A DNA stretch of 64,000 nucleotides, taken from IMG/VR virus record IMGVR_UViG_3300010379_000002; one strand, 5' to 3'. Under the pieces are notes generated by a model, which did no database searches, was not told the DNA's origin, and worked only from the letters and a program-made list of their open reading frames with translations. Source of the DNA: an uncultured virus (IMG/VR IMGVR_UViG_3300010379_000002) (lineage: Duplodnaviria > Heunggongvirae > Uroviricota > Caudoviricetes). A program made the translations under genes and the position numbers. Each line of letters begins with the position of its first letter. The first letter of the stretch is position 1. Below are positions 30,459 to 41,097 of the stretch, in pieces.

Positions 30459-31001
30459 TCAAGATCGTTTCGCACGACCACGCCCCGGCTGCGGATGCTT
30501 GTCATCAAACAGTTTACGCACATGCACCGGGGGACGACAATGAATGTTGCGCTTGCACGCTATCTCGACCGCTTGACGTGCTGTCGCGCCTGCATCCATA
30601 GCCGCGAGCGCGTAGTCTGCGCCGGAGCCACATGCGGCATATCCGCCCATAGTGGCGGCAGGCCACACGCCCATATCTGTCTCGACATCTTCTTCGGTGG
30701 GGTAGCCCGCGTCATCGACGCGACCAGCCGAAATCATCCACACGCCACCGCGCGGAAATGCAAGCAAGCCTTCGTAGCCGAGTTTGGTCGCGATCAGTTG
30801 TTGCCGGGTCGGGAGCTTGGCGGGGTCGCGAATTTTATCGAGGAGAACTTCCATTTCGCGACCGTCGTTATCGCCGGCACCGCCGAGCAATGCTCCGCTC
30901 GACAGCCGCTTAATCTTTATCATGCTGACGGTTTGCGTGCCTTGACTAGCCCAACACGAGTCGCAAGCCATTACGCCTGCACGCCACACAATGATCGTCA
31001 T
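30459..31001 (-). CDS. Ntn-hydrolase, HslV/proteasome-beta-like peptidase
   Basis: M-T start (Thr nucleophile), ACDS, K, GAG, ACGSGA.YALAAM..GA.A.QAVEIA. Confidence 0.8.
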   Translation of the reverse strand: MTIIVWRAGVMACDSCWASQGTQTVSMIKIKRLSSGALLGGAGDNDGREMEVLLDKIRDPAKLPTRQQLIATKLGYEGLLAFPRGGVWMISAGRVDDAGYPTEEDVETDMGVWPAATMGGYAACGSGADYALAAMDAGATARQAVEIACKRNIHCRPPVHVRKLFDDKHPQPGRGRAKRS

Positions 31002-31192
31002 AACACCGTCCCCCGTTATTCGTCGAACTTCGGCTCCCTCCGTTTGCGGCGTCGGGACGGCCACTTTGCATCGCGTGCGGCATTGCGCCGCGCTCCTCGA
31101 TACGTCTCCGCCGGACGCGATCCGCGTCCGGTGGGGGCTTCGTGCGTCACGCCGAAGTAGCTCAGCGTGCGCGCGCTTCGCAGCATTGGCAT

Positions 31193-31579
31193 TTAGAATT
31201 GCACCGCCGGTTGATCGCCCGTGTACGGCTGAGTAGCGGGATCGCGGGACGTGCGCGTGGTGTCTGCACCTTGCGCAATGAGCCGCTTGATTTCCTGCCG
31301 GATATACGCCGCAGCGACCGCAAGGTTCGCCACGTCGGACCCGTAGTCTCGGAAGCCGGACCAGTCGGCCGGATAAACGTTCGGCGCTCCGCCAAACGTA
31401 TTAGCCTCGCCATCGCGTCGCAGCAAGAGAGCCTCCAACTGCGCGAGACCAGCGCGGAGCAACTGACCTTGAGTAGAGTCGGCGCGTTCGTTCGCGACGC
31501 CCCACATTTGATCCTGCCGAGCGACTTCGCCGGCAATGATCGCATCGGCGTCTTGCGCCGCTGTAATGTAGTCTGCCAT
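31193..31579 (-). CDS. Phage protein, possibly MazG-like (E..RQ...WG)
   Basis: EVARQDQMWG...NLAVAAAYI..EI.RL. Confidence 0.5.
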   Translation of the reverse strand: MADYITAAQDADAIIAGEVARQDQMWGVANERADSTQGQLLRAGLAQLEALLLRRDGEANTFGGAPNVYPADWSGFRDYGSDVANLAVAAAYIRQEIKRLIAQGADTTRTSRDPATQPYTGDQPAVQF

Positions 31580-31606
31580 GGGACTTCCTTTCCAGTTGGT
31601 GGGTGG

Positions 31607-32182
<576 letters not shown>

Positions 32183-33150
32183 TGGGGTCCTCTTGGGGTT
32201 TGATATGTGGCCGGCGACTGTCGCCGAGCGGCGGAAGATCGGTGGCGGTGTCGAGGTCCTCTTGCGTCACACCTTCGGGCAACTGGTTAGCGCGTGCGCG
32301 TTCGTATACCTCAGCCGTAACACCCGGCGCAAGTACCGGCGGTTCGGCGGGAATAGGATGAAGATCAGCCTCGGCACCGGATAAGCCGGTCTCCGGATTG
32401 ACTTCTTCGGAAGGCTTGATATAGGCAAGTTGGCAGATGCCATAGAGCACGTTCGGTGCCTTACGGGCGATGACCTTGATGTTGCGGTCCATGAGGGGCG
32501 CAATCTCGTCGGCGAGGCCGAGCGGCAGGTAGCCGATCTTACGGTTACCGCCGGGCGTAGCCACAACGACCATAACATCGTTCGCGTAAACTTTGCTGGT
32601 CGGCTCGCGGAGAAGCGTGAGAGGCTGACCCTGCCGCAGCTTTTGAGTAATGGCATACGCGCCCATGATAAGCGATGTGCGCGCGAGCGTGAAATCTTTG
32701 GTTACTTGATTTGGGCTTGCCATGGTCACGCAGCCTCCCGTTCCTTGCCTGCACACAATTATCGACCTGCCATTTGATTGAAACGCAACGCCCGAAGTAG
32801 AGCTTTTGGTGGCATCTGAGACCACAGCGCATCCTCTTGCCCGAAATTGGTGAGCCGCTCGATCAGCGCAGACCAGTAGACTTCGGGAAAATCAGAACCA
32901 GAGTTCGCTTCCGGTATCCCGGTCACAGCCACCAAAATCTCGCATGTCTTGACACCGCCAAACTTATAAACATGAGCATAGATCGCGGCGTTAAGGTCCG
33001 AACGTGTGAACTTGCGCATGGTAAAACCTCCATTAAAAGGTCTGAGCGCGCCAGCTTGTCACCACTTTTTTCGCTCATGGTGCCGACTCACCTTTGCGGC
33101 TGTTCGGCTTCAAGGCTGAATTACGGGACTGTGCCCCGCGCTCATTCTCG

Positions 33151-33762
33151 TTACAGGTCCTCGCCGGAGCCACCTTCGGGCGGTTCGTCCGCTTCCGCAG
33201 TCCCGGCGCTCGCGCCGGAAGTATCGACCGCCTCGCCCAAGTCGTCGGTGACAACGACCGTCCCGGCTGATGTAGCCTTTGGCGGGTGAAGCGCGTGGGT
33301 AGCCGCCGCGACAACCGCGTCGTAGAGAGGCGGCTTCAAATCCCGAACCGCGCCGACGCCGCCAACTTTCGCCATGATGGCGAGAGCCGCTTCCTTGTTC
33401 TGCGCGTTCTTAACGGCCTTTAACGCCTCCACCACATCGCCGTAGGTGTTCTTGCCGTTCGGGTCCTTGGTGTCTCTGGCTGGTCCATCCGCCGGAACCG
33501 TAGTCGTGGCAGCGGTCTTTGGAGTAGCCGCCGCAGGCTTGGTCGGCGTAGCGGGCTTGGTGCCAGCCGCCGGAGTCGCCTTCGGAGCAGTCGCCGGCTT
33601 GGACGCGCCAGTCGCCGGAGCAGTCGCCGGTTTGCCAGTTGCCGCAGTGGATGGTGTTTGGGTGGGTGTCGATTTGCCGGTTGTTTTGCCGGCTACGCCG
33701 CTCTTGATAGTAACCAAGGCTTCGATCGCGACCGCGATACGAGTCAGGAGAGCATCAGACAT
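33151..33762 (-). CDS. Ala/Thr/Pro-rich protein with a small C-terminal helical domain
   Basis: Long low-complexity linker, then TYGDVVEAL...G...VRDL.P..YDAVV. Confidence 0.75.
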   Translation of the reverse strand: MSDALLTRIAVAIEALVTIKSGVAGKTTGKSTPTQTPSTAATGKPATAPATGASKPATAPKATPAAGTKPATPTKPAAATPKTAATTTVPADGPARDTKDPNGKNTYGDVVEALKAVKNAQNKEAALAIMAKVGGVGAVRDLKPPLYDAVVAAATHALHPPKATSAGTVVVTDDLGEAVDTSGASAGTAEADEPPEGGSGEDL

Positions 33763-33888
33763 TTGGGGACTTCCTTCTGTTGCAAGCGGAATTTTGGACG
33801 GCGCAGTGTCGGGTGTCAATCACCAGAGAGGCCATACGTTCTTTTTGCGCGCGCGGTCCTCTCTCCGCCGTCCAAGCAAACCCGTACA

Positions 33889-34506
33889 TCATGGACCGCA
33901 CCCCGTCAAGTGGGTCGGCGGTCCGTGAGCAGATATTTTTTGCGGTCCTGAATGATGGTGGTGACCGCCGCTGTGGTGATGGTGGTGATGACCGCCTGAA
34001 TGATGGTGGTGGTGGTGGTGGTGCGTCTTAGACTTGTGGTGGTGCGACACGATAAACTTGTAAACGTGCGCGTCCTTCATCTTCGTAAACATCGACCGCC
34101 TGAGCTTCGCCTTCGTTTTAGCGGAAATCGCGTGACCGGCGTAACGCTTCTTAATGGTCGAGAGCTTGTTAACGGAGTCGGCGATGATGCGTTTTGCCTT
34201 CGCCTCGTCAACGGTCGAGGCGTAAATGGTCGGCGCAACGAAACGCTTAAGGAAGTCGGCGCGCCTCGCACCGTCGCTCGTTTTAGTTATTTGTTTGGTC
34301 GGCAGACACGGAAAATCTGACAAACCCAAATTCAGAATCGGCCGCGCTACCTCATACGGGTTCGGCGCGGGCGATGAATGCTCTTGTTGGTAGGTAATCG
34401 TTTTAGCGAAATAATCATCAACGCCGGTCGCGTGCAAACCAACGACGAGGACGCCGATGGCGAGTGCAACTCCGATCAAACGATTCAATATCTTGGGGGC
34501 TTCCAT
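33889..34506 (-). CDS. Secreted or membrane-anchored protein with poly-His tail
   Basis: N-terminal hydrophobic segment; HHHKSKTH8SGGH6SGGH4SG. Confidence 0.7.
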   Translation of the reverse strand: MEAPKILNRLIGVALAIGVLVVGLHATGVDDYFAKTITYQQEHSSPAPNPYEVARPILNLGLSDFPCLPTKQITKTSDGARRADFLKRFVAPTIYASTVDEAKAKRIIADSVNKLSTIKKRYAGHAISAKTKAKLRRSMFTKMKDAHVYKFIVSHHHKSKTHHHHHHHHSGGHHHHHHSGGHHHHSGPQKISAHGPPTHLTGCGP

Positions 34507-34513
34507 GGCACGC

Positions 34514-34543
34514 ACTCTACGCGTATTTTTCTTCGTGTGTCAA
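34514..34543 (-). promoter_or_regulatory. Sigma70-type promoter, probably leaderless
   Basis: TTGACA-N18-TAGAGT, 7 nt before ATG 34506. Confidence 0.55.
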
Positions 34544-34620
34544 GTGCGATTGACTGTTGCGTTGTTTTGAATCATCTGCTATCGAACACCGTCCCCCCGC
34601 CACTGTCATGAGGCATCCCT

Positions 34621-37305
34621 ATGAATCCCGGAGACACCCTTACTAACGTTGCGTTCAAAAATTTGCAGGCTCACCCAAACTGGTTCATTTTCCCGATCCG
34701 CTCGCTCAAGAAAGACCCGCCGTGCATTCCCTTGGGACCCGGCCTGGAACAAGCGTCCAACGACATCATTCAAATCCGCAAGTGGAACTCGGCGTACCGC
34801 AACTGCAATTGGGGCTTGGCCCTCAAGAAGTCCGGAGTCGTTGTCGTCGATGGCGACATGAAGCCCGGCAAAGTCGGCGAGCAAACACTCGAAAATCTTT
34901 TCGCTAAGCACGGCGCTTTCCCGCCAACGTTTATCGTGCGCACGCCGAGCGGCGGCTTCCACTTCTATTTTGAGGAGGCCAACGGAGTTACCCACAAGTG
35001 CCGGCTCGGGGTCAATGGCTTTGGTCGGGACGTGGACTCGCCCAACTACGTGCTGTTGCCCGGTTGCGTGACTGACGACGATCCGGCCGCCCGTCAAGTT
35101 GCTGGTACTTATGAAGCCATCAACGACGAACGCATAGCGCCAACGCCAGACTGGTTTGGTCTTTATCTCCGCAACACCAATCAAGCGGAGGCGGACCAAA
35201 CCCCGGTGATCGAGTTGGACACCGACGCGAATGTCGAGTGGGCTATCGACTATCTCAAAACCGATGCGCCGCCCGCTATCCAAGGCAACAACGGCGAGAA
35301 CACACTGTTGATGGTCGCTGGCGTCTTGAAGGACCACGGCATATCGGAAAGCAACTCGGTCAATCTTCTTCTCGAACACTACAATCCACGATGCGTGCCG
35401 CAATGGGAGGCGTTTGAAGGGGCGCCCGCAGACCGGCTCGACGTGAAAGTCCACAACGCGTGGCTCTACCTCAAAGAAACACAACCGGGCGCGGCTACTG
35501 CCGCCGCTGACTATGAGGGGAATGACGAACCGACTCCGGAGAATTGGGGCGCCAACTATGAAGTCGGCGATGGCGGAGTGGTCCGGTTCCAGCCTTCGGA
35601 CGCCGTGCTCGCTGCGCAAAAGGAATGGCGCAAAACATTCAAGGACAAAAAGCAAGCGGTCACTGACGCCCCCGGTAACGAAAGCGACGAAGGGACACGT
35701 TTGCAAGGGGAAGCGGCTAAAGCCGCTGCACAAGCCACGGCGGAGGATGACTCGTGGCTGAACGAGTCGGCTGTTGTAGAGGAGGAGGATGCGCCGGCCG
35801 CCGCGCCCGCCGACACCGCTGCGCCGGAGCGCGAACCTTGGGACGATGATGAACCATCCACCAACACTCCGATGATCCTCCTCGGCGAAATCGACGAGTC
35901 GGTGAAGCCGGATTACACCGTTCACAAGACGAAGGACGGCAAGACTTGGGGCGCGCTCACCGAACTGTGCAATCGTTGGGTTTGGGTCACCGGTATCAAG
36001 CGATTCATCAACCGGCTTAAACCTACGATGAATTGGGAGGGTTCGCAGTTCGACTCGGAATTCAACTATCTTTGCCCCAAGGGAGCCTCGTCCATATCGC
36101 GGTATCTGTTCAAGCGGAAAGACATTCTGCGCCGCTTCAACGTCATTGCCTTTCGCCCCGGTCACCCGGAAATCAATGGCTCCGAGTATAATGTATGGCG
36201 CCCAAGTCCGGTCACTCCAATGCCCGGCGATACGACGCTGTGGAACAAACATCTTGAGTATCTGTTTCCGGACCCTAACGACCGCAACGCCGTGCTGAAT
36301 TGGATGGCGTGGGTCATTCAAAACCCCTCGCGCAAACCCAATCACGCGCTCCTCATTGTCGGTCGCGAAACCGGCACCGGCAAAAGCTGGATCGCCCGCG
36401 TCATGGAGCAAATCATCGGGGAGAACAACACACAGCGCCCGAAGAACTCGTCGATGGGCGGTGACTTCAACTCGTGGCTCAAAGACTGCCGCCTGTGCCT
36501 CCTCGAAGAAGTGATGCAGGTCGGGCGCCGCGAGAACATCAATGCCATGCGCGACCTTATCACCGAGACATCTGTCGAAGTGAACATGAAAGGTATCCCG
36601 GCGTTCAAAATTCCGAACTACGCCGCCATGTTGGGGATCACCAATCACACGGATGCGCTCCCGGTTGACGACAAGGATCGGCGTTGGTTCATTATCGAGA
36701 CCCTCGCGGAGACAAAAGCTCCCGACGAGGAAGCTGCTTACTACGCTCCGCTGCTCGCCGCCGTCCCTGATGAACCGGGTATGCCCGCGCGCGACCCCGA
36801 CATGGTGCCCGCGATATACCAAGAACTTTTGGATCGCAAGATCGGGGACTTCCCGCTGGTTACCAAGGACCGGGCCGGCAACGAAGTAAAGATCATCTAC
36901 AACGGGCTTAGCCGAGCACCATGGTCCGCAGCGAAGGAAACCATGATCGAACTGTCGCGCACCGACGCGGAGACATGGCTTATTGAAAACGAAGGCAACG
37001 TCCCACTGACTCGCAACGTCGTCACCATCACCGACATTGTGGAGGCAATGCCGTCCACGATTCAGCGAGCCAATCGACTGACGACAGCGACCGTCCCGAA
37101 CTTTCTCCGGGACCGGCTGCGGGGGATCAAACACCCAAAACAAGTGCGCCTGAGTTTCGGGCAGAAGATTCGTGTGTGGGTCCTGCATGGTCGCTACGCT
37201 ATGCTCAAAGATCGTCTCGCAGAACAGTACGAGAGTGAGCGTAAGGCCAGCAATAAGCAAGCGGATGCTCAGCGCGCCAGCGACTTTGAGGGCGTCGAAA
37301 ATTAA
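34621..37305 (+). CDS. Bifunctional Prim-Pol primase-polymerase fused to an SF3/DUF5906-type helicase
   Basis: NWGL....SGVVVVDGD, TPSGGFHFYF, YVLLPG; primase C-terminal region; GRETGTGKS, LLEE, ITNH.DAL...DRRW. Confidence 0.9.
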   Translation: MNPGDTLTNVAFKNLQAHPNWFIFPIRSLKKDPPCIPLGPGLEQASNDIIQIRKWNSAYRNCNWGLALKKSGVVVVDGDMKPGKVGEQTLENLFAKHGAFPPTFIVRTPSGGFHFYFEEANGVTHKCRLGVNGFGRDVDSPNYVLLPGCVTDDDPAARQVAGTYEAINDERIAPTPDWFGLYLRNTNQAEADQTPVIELDTDANVEWAIDYLKTDAPPAIQGNNGENTLLMVAGVLKDHGISESNSVNLLLEHYNPRCVPQWEAFEGAPADRLDVKVHNAWLYLKETQPGAATAAADYEGNDEPTPENWGANYEVGDGGVVRFQPSDAVLAAQKEWRKTFKDKKQAVTDAPGNESDEGTRLQGEAAKAAAQATAEDDSWLNESAVVEEEDAPAAAPADTAAPEREPWDDDEPSTNTPMILLGEIDESVKPDYTVHKTKDGKTWGALTELCNRWVWVTGIKRFINRLKPTMNWEGSQFDSEFNYLCPKGASSISRYLFKRKDILRRFNVIAFRPGHPEINGSEYNVWRPSPVTPMPGDTTLWNKHLEYLFPDPNDRNAVLNWMAWVIQNPSRKPNHALLIVGRETGTGKSWIARVMEQIIGENNTQRPKNSSMGGDFNSWLKDCRLCLLEEVMQVGRRENINAMRDLITETSVEVNMKGIPAFKIPNYAAMLGITNHTDALPVDDKDRRWFIIETLAETKAPDEEAAYYAPLLAAVPDEPGMPARDPDMVPAIYQELLDRKIGDFPLVTKDRAGNEVKIIYNGLSRAPWSAAKETMIELSRTDAETWLIENEGNVPLTRNVVTITDIVEAMPSTIQRANRLTTATVPNFLRDRLRGIKHPKQVRLSFGQKIRVWVLHGRYAMLKDRLAEQYESERKASNKQADAQRASDFEGVEN

Positions 37306-39174
37306 GTCTGATGCATCGAGACCGCAACTGACCAAAGCTCGATAGCCGCGCGCACGTGAGCCACTGCCGCGAGGCGGTGCGTCCAGTCATACCCCTTCGG
37401 GTTCAATGCCGTCTCAATCGCCCGCAGATGGGCGCTCATTGCGGCTTTCACCACCGGCTTCTCCATAGTCGGATAACCGGTTGCGAGCGCACCCTTGGCG
37501 ACGCCGAGCAGAATAGTAGCCGCTCGGCGACCCTCTTCGTGCACAAGCGCGACGTGCGCTCGATTATCATAAGGCGCGACCAGGGCTGCGTGTTGGATCA
37601 GAACCGGATCGCCCTTAAGGATCGACTCAAGCGCCCGCAACGCGAAATGCAGCCCGTAAGGCATCCGGGGCGTCAGCTTGGCTGGCAGCGGTGGCATCGG
37701 GGACGCCCCGACCGCCGCGACGTGTGTGTAGCATCAAAGCAACCACTTGCTCACACGAAACGACAAGTGCATCATAACACCGCGGCTCAAGATTGCGAAC
37801 ACTCATCGCACCCGCACTCCTGAGAAGGGTGAGAGCTTGATCTTTGCCGCAGACGTTGCGAACGAGGTGGAGCGCCTCGACCACATCACTGTAGGTAGCC
37901 GCGCCGCCGGGCGCCTTTGTGCCGGGTGCCGGCCATACCTCGGTCTCGCTCGCATTCGGGGGTGTGAAGCCCGGCTTCACATGCGGCTCGATCCCCATGT
38001 CGGGGATGTAGACCCCGGTACGGTCAGCGAAAGCCTGTGCGCGTTTGTGAGTGGCCTTTGCCTTTGCCGCCTTCGTTTTAGCTTTAGTCGTCATCGTCAA
38101 CTCCCTTGTTATCGGCAACCTTCAATATGGAGACGGTTCGGCTCCCTTATTAAAGGTTAGCCGTCATAGCGCAGACTACCGAACAAGCCGCCAATGAAGA
38201 AGATGACGGCGGTGTGCGGATCGGAGAATATCAGGAACCCCTTCTTGCTGTTGTCCTTGCCGCGTTCAAACAGCGTACCTGCATGATCGAGCGCCTCAGC
38301 GAGTGTCGGCAACCACGTCCGCTGATAAGCATCAACACCGATCACACAATAACGGTCAACGACCGGCTTGCCGTCCCATGTACGCGGAGTCGGCGGCACA
38401 GGCGGGGAGAGCGCCTTGGTTACACGGTCGATCAAATCGCTCAGAGCACCGCCTCCGGAGAGTGAGAGGCTCCCCCAATCGGCCGCCCACTTGTTAACGA
38501 GAGCAGTGGCAGTGGCTCGTGTGGGATTAGACATCGTGTCGTTCATGGGATCGTTCCTTTGTTTCCAAACGGGAGTGAAGTACAGACATCCTTCCGGTCG
38601 AAGTTTCTCCGCCACGCAAAAGCAATATGATTTCGAACAATGGCCGATCACCATATTATCCCAAACAATTGTGTAGCCGAAGCGTATCGCGTCGTTCCAG
38701 TCGGCGAGCACTTGACGATTGCGTTTGCTCTCGATTTCGTTGAACGGTCCTTGCTCGACCGTCGCGTCGATGTCGGCTTGTACTTCGTCGAGAGTCCGGA
38801 TGTCCGGCTTCAAACAAACATCATGCTCCGGCCTCATGCCCGGTCCGAGCGAAATGCTCCACGAGAGTACCGGCTCGCCGCATCGGTAGCACTTTCCTGG
38901 TCCGATGCTGGTCATAATACTGTCACCGGCTCGGTCCATTCGAAGTACGGACGCCCAACGTACTCATTCTTCAACTCCGCGAGCATCCGATTGGCGCGCG
39001 CCACTTCTTCCTGGGTCTGCTTGCCGTCAATGAATTCGATGTCGATCAGGACCAACTCTGCAATCGTATCCGTATCTTTTTCAATCTTATTCCAAACGCT
39101 GCCGGTATCCACGGCAGGCAACACACGAATACGTGTGCCGCCTCGACCGAACCGTCTCGGTGTGCCCCACTGGC

Positions 39175-39651
39175 TCATTTGAAGTTACTCAAGCGGAACG
39201 CGAAAGGAAGCAACGTGCCGAGTGTCCACATCCCTCGATACGTGTCGTCCTCACTGTACGAAAAGATTGGCGTGTCATCGTCCGTGAGTTCGACAAGCAA
39301 CTGCCGACAGTGACCACAGGGAAGGATCGGGTCCTTATCACAGGCGCCGCCGACTACGACAACAGCGTCGAGCGGGGCAGCACCTTCCTCGGCGATCATG
39401 GCACCGATGGCTGCTTGCTCGGCGTGAATCGTATGGTTGAAAGCCGGGTCCTCGAAGTTGGTCCCGACATAGAAATGATGACCCTTGATTTGCTCTAGGC
39501 GCTCAGTGGCGGCGAAGTGGCGGGAGCTAAGGATAGCTGCGCCGACCTTGAAGTTGGAAATTGGACAGTGCGAACGCTCGCGCGCGCCGAACGCCATATT
39601 GCGAAGCGTCTCGCGCACCATTTCATCGTAGGTGGTAACTGTGAGCTTCAT
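39175..39651 (-). CDS. cdd: Cytidine deaminase
   Basis: S.F.VGAA, G.N.E, HAEQAAI, PCGHCRQ.L.E, LLPFAF. Confidence 0.9.
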   Translation of the reverse strand: MKLTVTTYDEMVRETLRNMAFGARERSHCPISNFKVGAAILSSRHFAATERLEQIKGHHFYVGTNFEDPAFNHTIHAEQAAIGAMIAEEGAAPLDAVVVVGGACDKDPILPCGHCRQLLVELTDDDTPIFSYSEDDTYRGMWTLGTLLPFAFRLSNFK

Positions 39652-40835
39652 TTGCTCGGCTCACGATCCCTGTTGCTCACGTGAGTCTCTAGGCGCCGCC
39701 CATCCGGAGCTATATCCATTTTCACACGATGCGGTATAGCTTTCTCGATAGCCCCCTTGAGCGGATCGTTGGGGTCGCCTTTGATGTCGAGATTAAGCCG
39801 GGCGGCTAGTTCGGCGTCGGCAGCTTCGTGCATATTCTTTGCTACGTCGCTGACAGACTGACGTGTTGCCCGGACAGCGGATTGAGTCGGTGTCAATGTT
39901 CGTGGAAGTAGGTCCGATTTAGGTAGTTTCATTTGGCGACGGGCCTCTTGGTTTCAGTAATCCCATATTCGGAAGCGTTGAGCTTGGTGACGGTGTACAG
40001 GTTGTCCCCGCACCAAATGTTGAACTTGTCGCCGTTCTTCGCTTGGACACCATCGGGCACGAGCCACTCAATAACCCCGGCCTTCGCTCTGTCCCGCTCG
40101 GATTGTGCGCAACGAAGCGTGTGTTCGGCGCTCCTGACCTCCGCCTCGGCTTGTTCCCAAAAGGTGATGCGGCGACTTGTCTCGTCGGCCGCTGTAGGTG
40201 ACACGGTGTCGGGGGCGCCCATCACTCACACCAACATTTGATTACGTCGTGACCGTGACCGTCCGTACCGGTGACCTGACAAGTCCAGCGGAACTGGTCG
40301 CCGCATTGATCCGCTGCCGCTGGCAAAAGCGCGGCGATCAAGAGCGTCGCTGCAAACACGATCCTCAATGCCATGTCACACTCCCAAAAAGCGTCCCGAG
40401 TATCGGAAACCGTATAGCCCAACTCAACCAAGGCTGTCCGGCGTCGTCGCGCTTAAAACGGAATTTCATCGTCCTCTGCCTGTCGCTCTGCGGGAGTCAT
40501 TTGCGCCCGTTTAGCGCGATAGTCAAGTGCCCGGCGGATGTCGGCGACCGAGTGCCGGTGAAGAAGCCAATCCCGACCCTCCTGCCGTGCAACAATGTAC
40601 CCCATTCGTAGCGCCTTGACAATCCACTGCCCCGCCTCGTGCGGGTTTTGGTAAACGACCATGCACATTCGACCGTTGTCGATGATTGAGTGCACCGGCA
40701 GCGCGCACGGTCCCTCCTTGGCTTTATGCCACACCGCCAATTTGTACGGCGGCAGACGCGAGACCTGCAAAAGTTCGTCAGTGATCGCCTGGGCGATGTC
40801 GGAGTCGTTCGCGGTTAATGGCAGGTCGTCTATCT

Positions 40836-41097
40836 TCATGAACGATCACCGTACCAAAGCACTACACCCCACGAAACCGTTTCAGTCCCATAGATCAGTG
40901 TGAGCAGCCAATCAAACCCATGCAGCCCGGTTAGATACGTGTAGAGGCAGATACACCCCACAAACACCACCCATGCTATACTCAGCGGCGTACCGCTCGA
41001 TTGCCCGGTGCGAATACAACGAATAGCAGCCGGAATCGCCGCAAAAGCGAAGCAAGCACCGCCGATGAACCCAAATACAGACCAAAGCCAATTCATG
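40836..41097 (-). CDS. PQ-loop/SemiSWEET-like small membrane protein
   Basis: Three predicted TM helices, G.IG...FA...IP...R..RT..S.G pattern. Confidence 0.6.

Noticed and set aside
33060..33090. Resemblance to the Cas9 tracrRNA 3' end
   Set aside because: Only short scrambled words match; no Cas9 or array.
34606..37335. 909-aa minus-strand ORF
   Set aside because: Exact antisense shadow of the primase-helicase, with no motifs; expected from GC-rich codon bias.
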